This document shows, in pieces, positions 1 through 9,575 of a stretch of 64,000 nt of DNA. Under the pieces are notes generated by a model. That model was not told where the DNA came from, made no database searches, and was given only the letters and a program-made list of their open reading frames with translations. The first letter of the stretch is position 1, and each line of letters begins with the position of its first letter. Position numbers and translations under genes: made by a program. This DNA comes from an uncultured archaeon (lineage in GTDB: Archaea > Aenigmatarchaeota > Aenigmatarchaeia > Aenigmatarchaeales > JAHLMS01): contig CAYGWB010000002.1 in NCBI GenBank assembly GCA_964353775.1, forward strand, positions 69,185 to 133,184, in the 5' to 3' direction.

Positions 1-112
1 TAAAAATATACTTTATAGTCAGCAACATCAAAAAACACTATTGTCTGTTGAGCCACTAATCAATTGCATATCATTCTCAAATGAGAAAAAATCTCATTTT
101 CTTCCAAATTCC

Positions 113-126
113 CACTTTGGCGGGTG
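113..126. repeat. Left copy of a 14-15 bp direct repeat, CACTTTGGCGGGTG
   Basis: Near-identical copy at 841-855 (CACTTTTGGCGGGTG). The two copies bracket the AT-rich PIN-domain gene. Confidence 0.5.
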
Positions 127-175
127 AATAGGATGAAAACCACGCGAAACGGATGTTAACAGAAGAGATATCTGA

Positions 176-715
176 TTACAGTTCTATTTTACCTTCTCTA
201 ATCTTTACCATTAAGTCTCTTGGCGTTATCGATTCACAACCATGTTTTTTTAATATTTGTTGAACTTCGGGTTTCATAAAATGTTCAGTATTAGCTGTTA
301 CAAGAAATCTAATATCGTTCCTAACAACAAATTGAGCGATTTCGTAATCATCCTTTTTCAGATATAATCTAAAATTTTTCTCCTCGTTATTGCCTAATCT
401 ACTTAAATGTAAAATGCCATTAATGCGCTCACCTAAATTGAATGATGGATAAAATATCAAATCCGCACCTGCTAATGAGATCAGTTGCTTTGTCTGTTTG
501 GCTTTCACTATTTTTGTTTGGTCCTTTTCTAACATTCTATCTATTTCTTCTTCAACTTTTTTAGATAAAGCCAGGAATATTTTCCCTTCTTTTTTCAACG
601 TTATAATATCAAAAACTGCTGCAACATCTTCCTCTACAAATGGCTGCATGAAATATTGATCAGATGGTCTCATCCAAGATGACGTGTCAAAATAAATTCT
701 TAACATAGAACCCAC
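176..715 (-). CDS. PIN-domain-like protein (putative nuclease), hypothetical
   Basis: 179-aa ORF with an N-terminal IYFDTSSW motif resembling the first acidic strand of PIN domains. It lies in a visibly AT-rich region unlike the neighbouring sequence. Confidence 0.4.
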   Translation of the reverse strand: MGSMLRIYFDTSSWMRPSDQYFMQPFVEEDVAAVFDIITLKKEGKIFLALSKKVEEEIDRMLEKDQTKIVKAKQTKQLISLAGADLIFYPSFNLGERINGILHLSRLGNNEEKNFRLYLKKDDYEIAQFVVRNDIRFLVTANTEHFMKPEVQQILKKHGCESITPRDLMVKIREGKIEL

Positions 716-840
716 TACATTTATATTAGTATCATAAATTTATAAACCGTCGATATTGAATTCTACATGTGGGCCACCTTCCTGTCAGCCCCAACAAAAA
801 AATAAAAATCGTTTCTCCTTCACATTTTCTCACGAACTCT

Positions 841-855
841 CACTTTTGGCGGGTG
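841..855. repeat. Right copy of the CACTTT(T)GGCGGGTG direct repeat
   Basis: Matches 113-126 with one inserted T. Followed by GGACCCGGCCCATGGCCCACC, a GC-rich palindromic stretch. Confidence 0.5.
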
Positions 856-1268
856 GACCCGGCCCATGGCCCACCAAAATTATGTATTCTACACAATCTA
901 TTTTACAGCATATATTTAGTAATATATATAGCATAACAGATATTATTTAGCATACTCATTACGTAACATATATTTACTAATATGCTTTACAACATCACCT
1001 GTCTAACATATAAATCACGCTATACGCGATTTTGCCATTTTTCAGTGAAAACTCAGCGTTTCGGTCTTAGCAGATGATTCTCTTTGTCCACGACTTCTAT
1101 CTTGTGTTCCTCAATGAGCTTGGCCAACTCAATATAGAAGATAGCATAATGCCGTCAGTAGTTCTTCCATATATTGGAGCCCTTAGGGACCACCATATCA
1201 AGCAGGTGCTTATCGGTCAGCCTGCCTCTTTGTTCAAGCTTATCCAACATGGCATGCCTTAGGCCCAT

Positions 1269-1613
1269 TCAATCACTCTTAAGGCCGTCAGAGAACTCCT
1301 CGATCATCCGTGTCATGTAGCCGCTGAACGCGCCGGGATCAAGGAAGTAAACGGTCTGGTAAGTCTTCCTCTTATCGTCCACGTACACCCGCTTTTCCTT
1401 GATCAGGTGGACCTTCTTGAGCGGATTCACGACGAAATAGAACGTTCTTTTAGGCTTCTGGTACTTGTCGAAGCCTATGCCCAAAGCAGAGCAGAGCGCC
1501 TGGTGCTCCATCGAGCCCTTCTGCTTGAGCAGCCCGATCAGCTTCTCGGCCATCGCCCGTATGTGCGCATTCCTGGCAGACTTTCCGTACAGCCAGGTTA
1601 TTATTTCCTTCAT
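1269..1613 (-). CDS. hypothetical protein
   Basis: 114-aa ORF with a TATA-like TTTATATG about 30 bp upstream of the start on the minus strand. No recognisable domain. Confidence 0.4.
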   Translation of the reverse strand: MKEIITWLYGKSARNAHIRAMAEKLIGLLKQKGSMEHQALCSALGIGFDKYQKPKRTFYFVVNPLKKVHLIKEKRVYVDDKRKTYQTVYFLDPGAFSGYMTRMIEEFSDGLKSD

Positions 1614-1983
1614 ATTATCAGATTAACATTAAGTGTCCATACATATAAATCTGAGCAAAAGGCCGTGTACAGAGAGGTGTGTCATTCATATATCTGACCA
1701 AATGATACTGATGGCACGGGAGACGTGTTTTGATGCACCCATATGTAAGCATCAACTGTCCAGTCTGTTTTTGGCCCGTTTTTCGCTCTTTTGGATAGCC
1801 CCAATTTCTAACAACCCTGATAGTCAGTTTTCAGTGGATTATAGGAGTTCGTTATCAATATGTTCAGTACACGGGAACTGATTATGGGCCTAAGCACGAA
1901 CTCTCACAATCATTGGAGAATATCCGCATGTAGCCGGCGCAGAACATAAAATCTTCCGTCCGGGCTAGCCCAATAAGAACGAT

Positions 1984-2340
1984 TTACTTTACCTTCGTCA
2001 GCTTCAGGTCCTTCTCACTCGGAACGTCCTTCATCCCATTGGCGATCCGGCCGAACTTTCGACGCAGACCTTCGAAGTCGTGCGCGATCTCCTCGCCGTC
2101 CGAGGTCAACTTTATCATCTTTACCCTGCCTTTCTTGTCAAAAGTCACCAGTCCGAGCTTCTTGAACAGCTCCAGAACCTTCACCGTGTGCGAATAAGTG
2201 CAGTCAACGGTCTTAGAAACCTGGGTCGCGTACCGAACGCTGTCCGATCTGAGAGCTACGATCATCTTGACCGGCTTCGGATGTAAAAATAAGCCGTCTA
2301 TCGCCCCTTTAACCGCTTCTCTTTGCTTCATAACTCTCAC
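1984..2340 (-). CDS. winged-helix transcriptional regulator (MarR/ArsR-like)
   Basis: 118-aa ORF whose composition and length fit a wHTH regulator. It is divergent from the histone gene across an AT-rich promoter region. Confidence 0.5.
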   Translation of the reverse strand: MRVMKQREAVKGAIDGLFLHPKPVKMIVALRSDSVRYATQVSKTVDCTYSHTVKVLELFKKLGLVTFDKKGRVKMIKLTSDGEEIAHDFEGLRRKFGRIANGMKDVPSEKDLKLTKVK

Positions 2341-2455
2341 TTTTCTAATTAAAATTACCCGAACTGCTATTTAAGTCTTATGCAACCTTTACAAAACATG
2401 CTTTTTATACATCATTTTGTTAAATATGTTATGTAACTTATCTTTTATGCTAACT

Positions 2456-2481
2456 ATGTTATGTCACATGTAGCATAACAT
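2456..2481. promoter_or_regulatory. Inverted repeat ATGTTATG-N10-CATAACAT in the divergent promoter region
   Basis: Perfect 8-bp arms. A further direct copy of ATGTTATG lies at 2426-2433. Sits between the wHTH regulator and the histone gene. Confidence 0.4.
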
Positions 2482-2590
2482 ATAATTTGTAATATCTATT
2501 GTATAAGATATTCTTTACAAACATTGTTTTAAAACTCTCACAAGGCCCTTCAGCCAAAGGAATTTAAGGGAGAACGGACCATTCTGTTGC

Positions 2591-2794
2591 ATGGACCTAC
2601 CTTTAGCGCCGGTCGAACGGCTGTTAAGAAGGACGGCGATGCGCGTGAGCGACGACGCCGTCGAAGAGTTCGCCACGCTACTGGAGGAAATAGCTTCTGA
2701 TATAGCGGCCGAGGCTGCAGCGAACGCCAAGAAGTCCAAAAGGATGACCGTGAGCGTCGCGGACATAGAGGCGGCCAAGCGAAAGATTCTCTGA
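2591..2794 (+). CDS. archaeal histone (HMf family, histone-fold)
   Basis: 67 aa. The N-terminus (LPLAPVERLLRR) and overall layout match archaeal histone-fold proteins. Confidence 0.85.
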   Translation: MDLPLAPVERLLRRTAMRVSDDAVEEFATLLEEIASDIAAEAAANAKKSKRMTVSVADIEAAKRKIL

Positions 2795-3508
2795 TTAGGC
2801 CAGAACTGCGCCCATAATTGCGCCTATTCCATATCCTGCAAGCGCGGCCAGCATTCCTATGGCCGCCATCTCGATGCCGCCCTTGATCGGGTTGCCGACC
2901 GTCGTCTTCGTCTTGTACACGCCGACAAAGAAGAGGACGACGAGCGAGATTGTGAGAGCAACGTATACGGCCGTCTGGACGGGCAGAAGGAAGAAAGGAA
3001 CGGTCGGTATGAAAGAGCCGATGAAGGCGGATCCTCCGACGACAAGGGCGATGTTGACGGGGCTGAACTTGGCGGGCGTGAGCTTGAGCTCGTTCTCCAT
3101 CATGAAGTAGAGCCAGCGCTTCTTGTTCGAAGTGACGTGCCTTACAGCGCCCTTCAGCAACGAGCCGGCGAAACCCATCCTGCTGAAGATCGAGCGGACC
3201 TCGGACCGTTCAGCGTCAGGCTTCTCGTGTATCTCTCTTATTTCCCTGTTCAGCTCAGAACGGTAGAAATCGGCCTCGGCCTTGAAAGAAGTGTAAGCGA
3301 CAGCCATCATTGAGATCGATTCGGCAAAAGTGGCGGCCATCGCAGAGATTATTATTAGCTTTGCGTTATTGGTCGCGGTCGCGACTCCAAGAATGACGCC
3401 GAGAACGTTGACAAGCCCGTCCTGCCAGCCGAGGATGAAGTCCCTCAGCCTGGTCGGCTTCTTGTGCGGCTCCTTGTGCTTTAGCCTGAAAAGCGGCTGA
3501 CGAACCAT
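2795..3508 (-). CDS. VIT1/CCC1 family iron/manganese transporter
   Basis: Has the GWQDGLVNVLGVILGV motif and a C-terminal block of transmembrane helices. Start chosen at the internal ATG giving MVRQ; the longer ORF to 3601 is unlikely to be real. Confidence 0.7.
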   Translation of the reverse strand: MVRQPLFRLKHKEPHKKPTRLRDFILGWQDGLVNVLGVILGVATATNNAKLIIISAMAATFAESISMMAVAYTSFKAEADFYRSELNREIREIHEKPDAERSEVRSIFSRMGFAGSLLKGAVRHVTSNKKRWLYFMMENELKLTPAKFSPVNIALVVGGSAFIGSFIPTVPFFLLPVQTAVYVALTISLVVLFFVGVYKTKTTVGNPIKGGIEMAAIGMLAALAGYGIGAIMGAVLA

Positions 3509-3609
3509 GAAAATAGAGCACATCCTGATTAAAAAAGCGTTTCTATTCACCACTTGCGGTCGGCAGATACAAATAAATCCTTTCTGCTGCAGTATAAGCA
3601 CGTGAGAAA

Positions 3610-4629
3610 ATGGAAGTTGACGCAGTTCTTGAACGCATAATCGCGACGACCGGGATGAATAATGAGGACCTGGAGAGGAAGATAGCCGATAAGCAGAGGG
3701 AGCTGTCCGGTCTTGTCAGCCGCGAGGGCGCGGCCTACATAATCGCGAAGGAACTTGGGCTGGAACTGTTCGAGAAGTCCAAGCGCAGGCTGGAAATAAA
3801 GAGCGTCATACCTGGACTGAAGAACGTGACGCTCACCGCACGGATAGTTCGGATGTTCGAGCCACGACAATTTGAGAAGGACGGACAGAAATCGTGCGTG
3901 GCGAACGTCATACTGGGCGACGGGAGCGGCTCGTTAAGGCTCTCGCTGTGGGACCTGCAGTGCGACCTGCTCAAGCAGCTGCAACCCGGACTAGCTGTCG
4001 AGGTGTACGGAGCGTACACGAAGGACGACAGCCGGGGCGGGACTGAAATAAGGCTGAGCAAACGCGGCGGGATGAGAGTTCTGCCGAAGAGCGATCTGCC
4101 GAGCATGGATCAGATAAGGACGGCCTCGACGGAGACGCCGACAAGGGTGGACCTATCGGCGCTGAAAGAGGGCGGACTTTTCGAGGTGCGCGCGGCAATC
4201 GTGCAGCTGTTCGACAGCAACATGTTCTACGAAGTGTGCCCGACTTGCGGGACGCGCGTGCATAAGGAGACCGTAACGGAAGGCGCGAGACAGTATATGG
4301 TGTACAAGTGCGGCCAGCACGGGGAAGTGCAGCCGACGCATGCGATGGTCGTGTCCGGCGTAATAGACGACGGAACGGCGAACACGCGTGCCGTGTGGTT
4401 CAGGGACGCGGCGCTGAGCCTGATTGGAATGACCTTAGAGGACGCGGTCACGCACAGGGACGGACTTCTGGATAGCATAGACGTTCTCGGAAAGGAGTTC
4501 ATAATGGTCGGACGCGTTAAGAGGAACAAGATGTTCAATCGCATCGAATTCATAGTAAACAGCGTCAAGCCGGTCGAGCCGAAAAACGAGACTGAGGCGC
4601 TAATAAACGAATTGCGCAAGGGAAGTTAA
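3610..4629 (+). CDS. rpa: replication protein A (ssDNA-binding protein, OB folds plus zinc finger)
   Basis: OB-fold repeats and a CPTCGTRVH...YKCGQH zinc ribbon. The N-terminus is typical of archaeal RPA. Confidence 0.8.
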   Translation: MEVDAVLERIIATTGMNNEDLERKIADKQRELSGLVSREGAAYIIAKELGLELFEKSKRRLEIKSVIPGLKNVTLTARIVRMFEPRQFEKDGQKSCVANVILGDGSGSLRLSLWDLQCDLLKQLQPGLAVEVYGAYTKDDSRGGTEIRLSKRGGMRVLPKSDLPSMDQIRTASTETPTRVDLSALKEGGLFEVRAAIVQLFDSNMFYEVCPTCGTRVHKETVTEGARQYMVYKCGQHGEVQPTHAMVVSGVIDDGTANTRAVWFRDAALSLIGMTLEDAVTHRDGLLDSIDVLGKEFIMVGRVKRNKMFNRIEFIVNSVKPVEPKNETEALINELRKGS

Positions 4630-4671
4630 AGGATAAATAGTTTGCGGTCAATTGTTATAGGTCTGATTTTT

Positions 4672-5655
4672 ATGGCTGAGAAAGAGAAAGTGAAGGCTGT
4701 CGCGGATCTGCCGGGCGTCGGTGAGAAGATTGCGGAGAAACTGCACGACTCCGGATACGAGGACATGATGGCTGTTGCGGCCGCCAGTCCAGCCGAAATG
4801 GCCGAGGCGGCCGAGCTCGGGGAAGCGACCGCAGCAAAGATAATTTCTGCCGCGCGTGACGCGCTTGAGATGGGATTCGAGACCGCAACGAAAGTGCTGG
4901 AAAAAAGAGCGAAGGTCGGACACATCTCAACCGCCAGCAAGAACCTGGACAATTTGCTCGGCGGGAAGGGAATCGAGACCGGAGCGACCACGGAGTTCCA
5001 CGGTGCGTTCGGCTCGAGCAAGACACAGATTGCGCACCAACTGTCCGTTATGGTACAAATGCCAGTTGACAAAGGCGGGCTCAACGGAGCCGCCCTCTAC
5101 ATCGATACAGAGGCCACGTTCCGACCTGAAAGAATAAAGCAGATGGCCGAGGCCCTGAAGCTGGACCCGAAGAAGGTGCTGGAGAACATCTACGTCGCAC
5201 GTGCATATAATTCCGATCACCAGACGCTTTTGGCCGTGAAGGCGGGCGACCTGATCAAGGAGAAGAACGTCAAGCTGATTATAGTCGACTCCGTGACAGC
5301 GCTGTTCCGCTCAGATTTCTCAGGTCGAGGCGAACTAGCGCCAAGGCAGCAGAAACTCAACCGCCACCTGCACACATTGCAGAGGCTGGCGGACGTCTAT
5401 AATATTGCGATATATCTGACCAACCAGGTGATGTCCAGGCCGGACGTAATGTACGGCGACCCGACGACGCCGATAGGCGGCCACATCATGGGGCATTTCT
5501 CGACCTTCCGCGTGTACGTGAGAAAGTCGAAGGGCGACACGCGCATAGGCAGGATGATAGACAGCCCGAACCTGCCCGAGGCCGAATGCGTGTTCTGCAT
5601 AAAGCCCGAGGGCGTCCGTGACCCGGAAGAAGACGAGAAGAGAAAGCGAGAGTAG
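4672..5655 (+). CDS. radA: DNA repair and recombination protein RadA
   Basis: N-terminal HhH (LPGVGEKIAEKL), Walker A GAFGSSKTQ and RecA-fold motifs. Start moved to the ATG giving MAEKEK. Confidence 0.93.
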   Translation: MAEKEKVKAVADLPGVGEKIAEKLHDSGYEDMMAVAAASPAEMAEAAELGEATAAKIISAARDALEMGFETATKVLEKRAKVGHISTASKNLDNLLGGKGIETGATTEFHGAFGSSKTQIAHQLSVMVQMPVDKGGLNGAALYIDTEATFRPERIKQMAEALKLDPKKVLENIYVARAYNSDHQTLLAVKAGDLIKEKNVKLIIVDSVTALFRSDFSGRGELAPRQQKLNRHLHTLQRLADVYNIAIYLTNQVMSRPDVMYGDPTTPIGGHIMGHFSTFRVYVRKSKGDTRIGRMIDSPNLPEAECVFCIKPEGVRDPEEDEKRKRE

Positions 5656-5694
5656 CTACAGCTAACCATTTCTAAAACAGAAAAAAAGTGAAAT

Positions 5695-6273
5695 TTATTT
5701 GCGTCCGACCCAGCGCATAGGTTTGATTGTTATATCGGGCGAGTTCTTTGTGTCCGGCCGCTCCTGTGCATCGACATGCTCGCGCCTGACCGTGCCCTTG
5801 CGCGTGTAGACTGTGTATAGCATGTCCATTATGTTGCTTGCAGTAGAACCTATCGTACCTGATATATTGCGAAGGTTTTCAGCTGTGGTCAGAACAGGCC
5901 GCACAGTATCGATATCGATGGCCACACCGTCATCATAATGGACTTCGTCTATCTTTAACCGTAAATCGCCTTCTCCCTTGTAGTAGGAAGGCCGTATGAA
6001 AGAACTTCGGGCTATGTCGTCGAAATCCCAGTTGTTGCGCGGCTGGCCGAGCTCATCCATCCGGGTCGATATCGAAGCCCAGGAAAAGAACTTGTCCTTG
6101 CTCCGCTTTGCCACTGAATATTCGAAGCTTCTCAGCGGTGGCTTGAGTTCCTGGATGTAGAGGGCCTGCCAGGCGCCATGTGCTTCATCATAGCAGGGCG
6201 TCTTTGGATCGTTGAGTTTCACAATAGCCTTGTCGAGCTGTCTTGGTGTCAAAGGCTCGATTGTGATTGGCAT
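5695..6273 (-). CDS. hypothetical protein
   Basis: 192-aa ORF with protein-like composition, probably co-transcribed with the two upstream small genes. Confidence 0.5.
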   Translation of the reverse strand: MPITIEPLTPRQLDKAIVKLNDPKTPCYDEAHGAWQALYIQELKPPLRSFEYSVAKRSKDKFFSWASISTRMDELGQPRNNWDFDDIARSSFIRPSYYKGEGDLRLKIDEVHYDDGVAIDIDTVRPVLTTAENLRNISGTIGSTASNIMDMLYTVYTRKGTVRREHVDAQERPDTKNSPDITIKPMRWVGRK

Positions 6274-6319
6274 GCCCAGTGATGGAAATTAATCTTTAAA
6301 AAGTCGACGACGGCCAGAA

Positions 6320-6505
6320 CTATTCCACTGGTTGCACGGTCTGCGTCAGTCTTATTTTATTCGGCTTGCCCAGTTCCCTGTACTCCGTCTTTGACAGGGC
6401 GTAACTGTCGCCGCCCATCTTGTTGTACTCTACGACACCGTCGCGGCCTTTTTCTATAGTTTCGAGCGGCAAAGTAGACGTATGTGTGATCTTCTTGATA
6501 GCCAA
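6320..6505 (-). CDS. small hypothetical protein (61 aa)
   Basis: Tightly spaced between the PRC-barrel gene and the 192-aa ORF on the same strand. Confidence 0.35.
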   Translation of the reverse strand: MAIKKITHTSTLPLETIEKGRDGVVEYNKMGGDSYALSKTEYRELGKPNKIRLTQTVQPVE

Positions 6506-6516
6506 AAAAATCCACC

Positions 6517-6780
6517 TTAAACGATGTCTTTCTCGGCGATTATGATGAAGTCGCCAACGCTCTTCACTGCGCTGAAAGGTATCAGAAGACGGCCCTTGTC
6601 ATCCTCGCTGAGACCTAGATCCTGGGCGCCCTTCGTCGGCTCTGTAACAACAAGGTTCATGAGCTCGCCGCTCTCTGTAATGAATGCGACATCGCCAACG
6701 ACGCCGAACTTGCGGCCGCTCTCTTCGCTGACTATGACTTTGCCAAGGACTTCCTTACCGCGCACTCTTTCATCAGGCAT
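6517..6780 (-). CDS. PRC-barrel domain protein
   Basis: 87 aa with a typical PRC-barrel layout (GKEVLGKVIVSEESGRKFGVVGDVAF...). Confidence 0.6.
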   Translation of the reverse strand: MPDERVRGKEVLGKVIVSEESGRKFGVVGDVAFITESGELMNLVVTEPTKGAQDLGLSEDDKGRLLIPFSAVKSVGDFIIIAEKDIV

Positions 6781-6917
6781 AATAGCACCTCCAAATGATG
6801 TCTATACATCGAATAGCGAATATTTATACTTTTGCTTGTCGTGTTTTGAAATTGAGAATAATTATATTTCTGCTTATAATAACCGCAGGCGTGAATTTTG
6901 CATCCGGCAACTCGCAA

Positions 6918-7847
6918 TCACAAATATTTCAATTTTCCTTTCACGTCCCGGACCGATTCGTAGCCTTTTCTTTTTAGAATATCTTCCAACTCTTTGTCTA
7001 TTCTCTCGAAACTGGCCGGCCCCTCCTTCTCGAAGGCCGTTGCTATCTGAACGGCGTCCGCGCCGGCGAGCAGGAACTCGAAGGCGTCCGTGCCTGTTCT
7101 GACCCCGCCGACCCCGAATATCGAGACATCGTCCTTCAGGAGCTCGTAGAACGTCCGTACGTTCGCCAGGGCTATCGGTTTGATGTAATCGCCGCAAAGA
7201 CCGCCGAACCCTTTCTTAGGTTTTATGATCGGCCTTTCGGTTTCCGGGTCGATTATCAGCGTGTTCCCGACGGAGTTTATGCAGCTGATGAAGGAGACGT
7301 CGTATTTTCTGATCAGGCCGGCCATCTGCTTCTGGTGGACAGAGTCGAAATAGGGCGGCAGCTTCAGCCCGATCGGTTTTTTGCCCAAATGTGAGACTTC
7401 TCTCAAGACCTCTTCGGTATGTTCGAAGTCGTAAGCGACCTGCGGCTTTCCCTCAATGTTCGGGCAGGACAGATTGACCTCGATCAGGTCGGCATCGCTC
7501 TCCTGGAAGGCGCCGACCATTGTCCGGTAGTCTTCAGTGCACAGTCCGGCAACGCTCGCCACAACGGGTTTGCCGTATTTTCTCAGTTCTGAAGCGAACC
7601 TGACGTATTCTTTGTAGCCCAGATTCGGCAGCCCCATGCTTTGAATCGAACCCAACGGCAGCCTCACATATCTCGGCTCGTCGTTACCCTTTCTCGGCTC
7701 TATCGTGCTGGACTTCATCACGGTCGCGGCTGAACGTGATCTTGCGATAACTTCGAGCTCCTCGAGCGTAGAGTCATTCGGACCGGAAGCGTTCAGAACA
7801 TAGGAGCCGAGTTCTACCCCGGCTATTTTCGTATTTGTAGTCGTCAA
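6918..7847 (-). CDS. pyrD: dihydroorotate dehydrogenase (class 1 catalytic subunit)
   Basis: Carries the NASGP, LSCPN and FGVGGVRTGTDAFEFLLAGA...QIATA motifs. Confidence 0.85.
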   Translation of the reverse strand: MTTTNTKIAGVELGSYVLNASGPNDSTLEELEVIARSRSAATVMKSSTIEPRKGNDEPRYVRLPLGSIQSMGLPNLGYKEYVRFASELRKYGKPVVASVAGLCTEDYRTMVGAFQESDADLIEVNLSCPNIEGKPQVAYDFEHTEEVLREVSHLGKKPIGLKLPPYFDSVHQKQMAGLIRKYDVSFISCINSVGNTLIIDPETERPIIKPKKGFGGLCGDYIKPIALANVRTFYELLKDDVSIFGVGGVRTGTDAFEFLLAGADAVQIATAFEKEGPASFERIDKELEDILKRKGYESVRDVKGKLKYL

Positions 7848-7901
7848 AAACCTTCCTAAAATTCGTTTTGCGTATTTAAAAATTTATGTATCTTACAGCA
7901 A

Positions 7902-8465
7902 TCATACGTTTGTCTGTAGAAGTTCGGCCATCAACTTCGTCACCTTTTCTTCGAGTTCTTGCAGCGTGCCCTTGTTGCTTATTTTGTAATCGGCATTCTT
8001 GATCAGCCTGCCCTCGCCGTGGCTAAGCTCGAGCTTGTCGCGTTTTTTCAAGTAGGCCTCGGACTCGGTTTTTCCGAATCGGCCGCGTGCGTGCTCGCGG
8101 CTGTGCCGCAAACGGAAAGGCGCGGTTATCGCGATTATGACGGGTTTCTGGCCTGCCAGCTCGGCGAGATATTTTACGTGCTGCGGCGACCTGAAGCCCT
8201 CGATAATGATTATCGGCTTCCTGGCCAGTCTCACCTTATCCCAGACGCGCTGAGTGACCAGCTTCTCACGGCCGCCGGTGTGGAACCAGTGCGCGATAGC
8301 CATATCGGCCGTCGGAGAATACTCGAGACCGCGGTTATGTATCTCCTCGCGGATGATGTCGCCGCTATGAACTTCGGCTGCGTTGAATTTCTTGGTTATT
8401 ATATCTGCGGCGGCCGACTTTCCGGAACCGGCCATGCCGACTATAAGGAGCAGAAGCTTTGGCAT
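7902..8465 (-). CDS. P-loop nucleotide/nucleoside kinase-like protein (UPF0200 / dephospho-CoA-kinase-like)
   Basis: Walker A GMAGSGKS at the N-terminus; 187 aa. Confidence 0.6.
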   Translation of the reverse strand: MPKLLLLIVGMAGSGKSAAADIITKKFNAAEVHSGDIIREEIHNRGLEYSPTADMAIAHWFHTGGREKLVTQRVWDKVRLARKPIIIIEGFRSPQHVKYLAELAGQKPVIIAITAPFRLRHSREHARGRFGKTESEAYLKKRDKLELSHGEGRLIKNADYKISNKGTLQELEEKVTKLMAELLQTNV

Positions 8466-8490
8466 AACAAATGTGAGACTTTCTTATTAA

Positions 8491-9570
8491 TTAAGCTGTC
8501 ACGAAAAGCGTGCGCACCTTCGGCGTCAGAGCGTACATGAAGGCCTTGCCTTTCGACTCGCGCTGCACATAGCCTTCGAGCATGAGACGGTGAAGAATAT
8601 TGTTTATCGAGCGGATCGCATGACCCTTGGAGGCGTACGAGCCGCTGACCTGGTCGGCTAAAGCCGTTGGCGTCAGCCAATCGGTCTTGGCCAGCACTTC
8701 CAGGATCTGCCGCTGCTTCCTGGGCAGGTTGGCCACCTGGTTGTCCGTCGGCGGCTTCGGAGCGAACGTGACGACGGGCTCTTCCAGAACAGGCGCGGGC
8801 TCGAACTCGCGGTAGTCGGCCAGGTTCTGGGCGTCTATTTTCTCCAGGTTCTTCTCTATCGCATCGTTAACCAGCTTGTCGGCCAGCTTGAGCACCTCCC
8901 GCGGGAAGCCGCCTGTACGCTGGTAAATGGCTGAAATGGCCTCATCCGTGAACGGCTCGGTCCCTTTCCCGCCCGCGGCCGCTATCCGCTTGGCCATAAG
9001 GTCCTTACTCTCACTTTCCGAGAGTGCGGACAAGGTTATCCTGGTCGTTATTCGCTGGTCGAAGGTCTCCAAAGTGCTTTTGATGTTGCCCTCGAGCGCC
9101 GGCAGACCGGCCACTATAAGGCTCACATTATCAATCTGGTCAACGAGCACGCGCAGCCATTCCAGGACGTCCCGGCTGGTCTCGTGGGCCTCGTCTATAA
9201 GGAAAAGCAACTGAGTTCCGCTGAGCTTCCTGTTGACGTAATTTGGCAAAGTCCAGAGAGTCGGCTTTCCGGAAAACATCTTCTCGAAAAAGCCCAGTCC
9301 GTAAATATCGGTGAAAATCTGGATGAAATCGTCCGGCTTCTGAGGCGGTTTGCTTATGTAAAGCTTGGAGAGGTTCGGATTATTGGTCTCCAGGCGCTTA
9401 AGGAAGGTCGTTTTGCCGCTTCCTGTCGATCCTGTCAGAAGGGCTATCTTGTGCTTGCTCTCAATATGCCTCTTAGCGGCCGTCATCTGCTCATCATAGC
9501 CTGTAAAAAGAGTCGGGTCTATCTTCAAGGTGAACGGATTCTCTCTCCAGCCCCATTTTCCGAACGTCAT
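8491..9570 (-). CDS. ExeA/TniB-like AAA+ ATPase fused to a C-terminal winged-helix DNA-binding domain
   Basis: Has the NPF...P.LF...H....L opening, Walker A GSTGSGKTT, Walker B LLFLIDEAHE, QRIT.R and GGFPR motifs typical of ExeA/AAA_22 proteins. The last ~70 aa look like a MarR-type wHTH. The start codon abuts the repeat array. Confidence 0.75.
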   Translation of the reverse strand: MTFGKWGWRENPFTLKIDPTLFTGYDEQMTAAKRHIESKHKIALLTGSTGSGKTTFLKRLETNNPNLSKLYISKPPQKPDDFIQIFTDIYGLGFFEKMFSGKPTLWTLPNYVNRKLSGTQLLFLIDEAHETSRDVLEWLRVLVDQIDNVSLIVAGLPALEGNIKSTLETFDQRITTRITLSALSESESKDLMAKRIAAAGGKGTEPFTDEAISAIYQRTGGFPREVLKLADKLVNDAIEKNLEKIDAQNLADYREFEPAPVLEEPVVTFAPKPPTDNQVANLPRKQRQILEVLAKTDWLTPTALADQVSGSYASKGHAIRSINNILHRLMLEGYVQRESKGKAFMYALTPKVRTLFVTA

Positions 9571-9575
9571 GACAT

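Noticed and set aside
836-880. tRNA-like 3' end (CCACCCGCCA) on the minus strand
   Set aside because: No T-loop GGTTCNANTCC, no D-arm or anticodon arm could be folded. More likely part of a direct repeat plus a GC-rich palindrome.
756-950. 64-aa plus-strand ORF in the AT-rich island
   Set aside because: Spans the GC-rich palindrome and AT-rich repeats and is not protein-like.
4648-5220. Several ORFs overlapping radA (4648..4923, 4670..5026, 4856..5137, 4927..5220)
   Set aside because: Antisense or off-frame artefacts with Arg/Ser/Pro-rich composition. radA is unambiguous.
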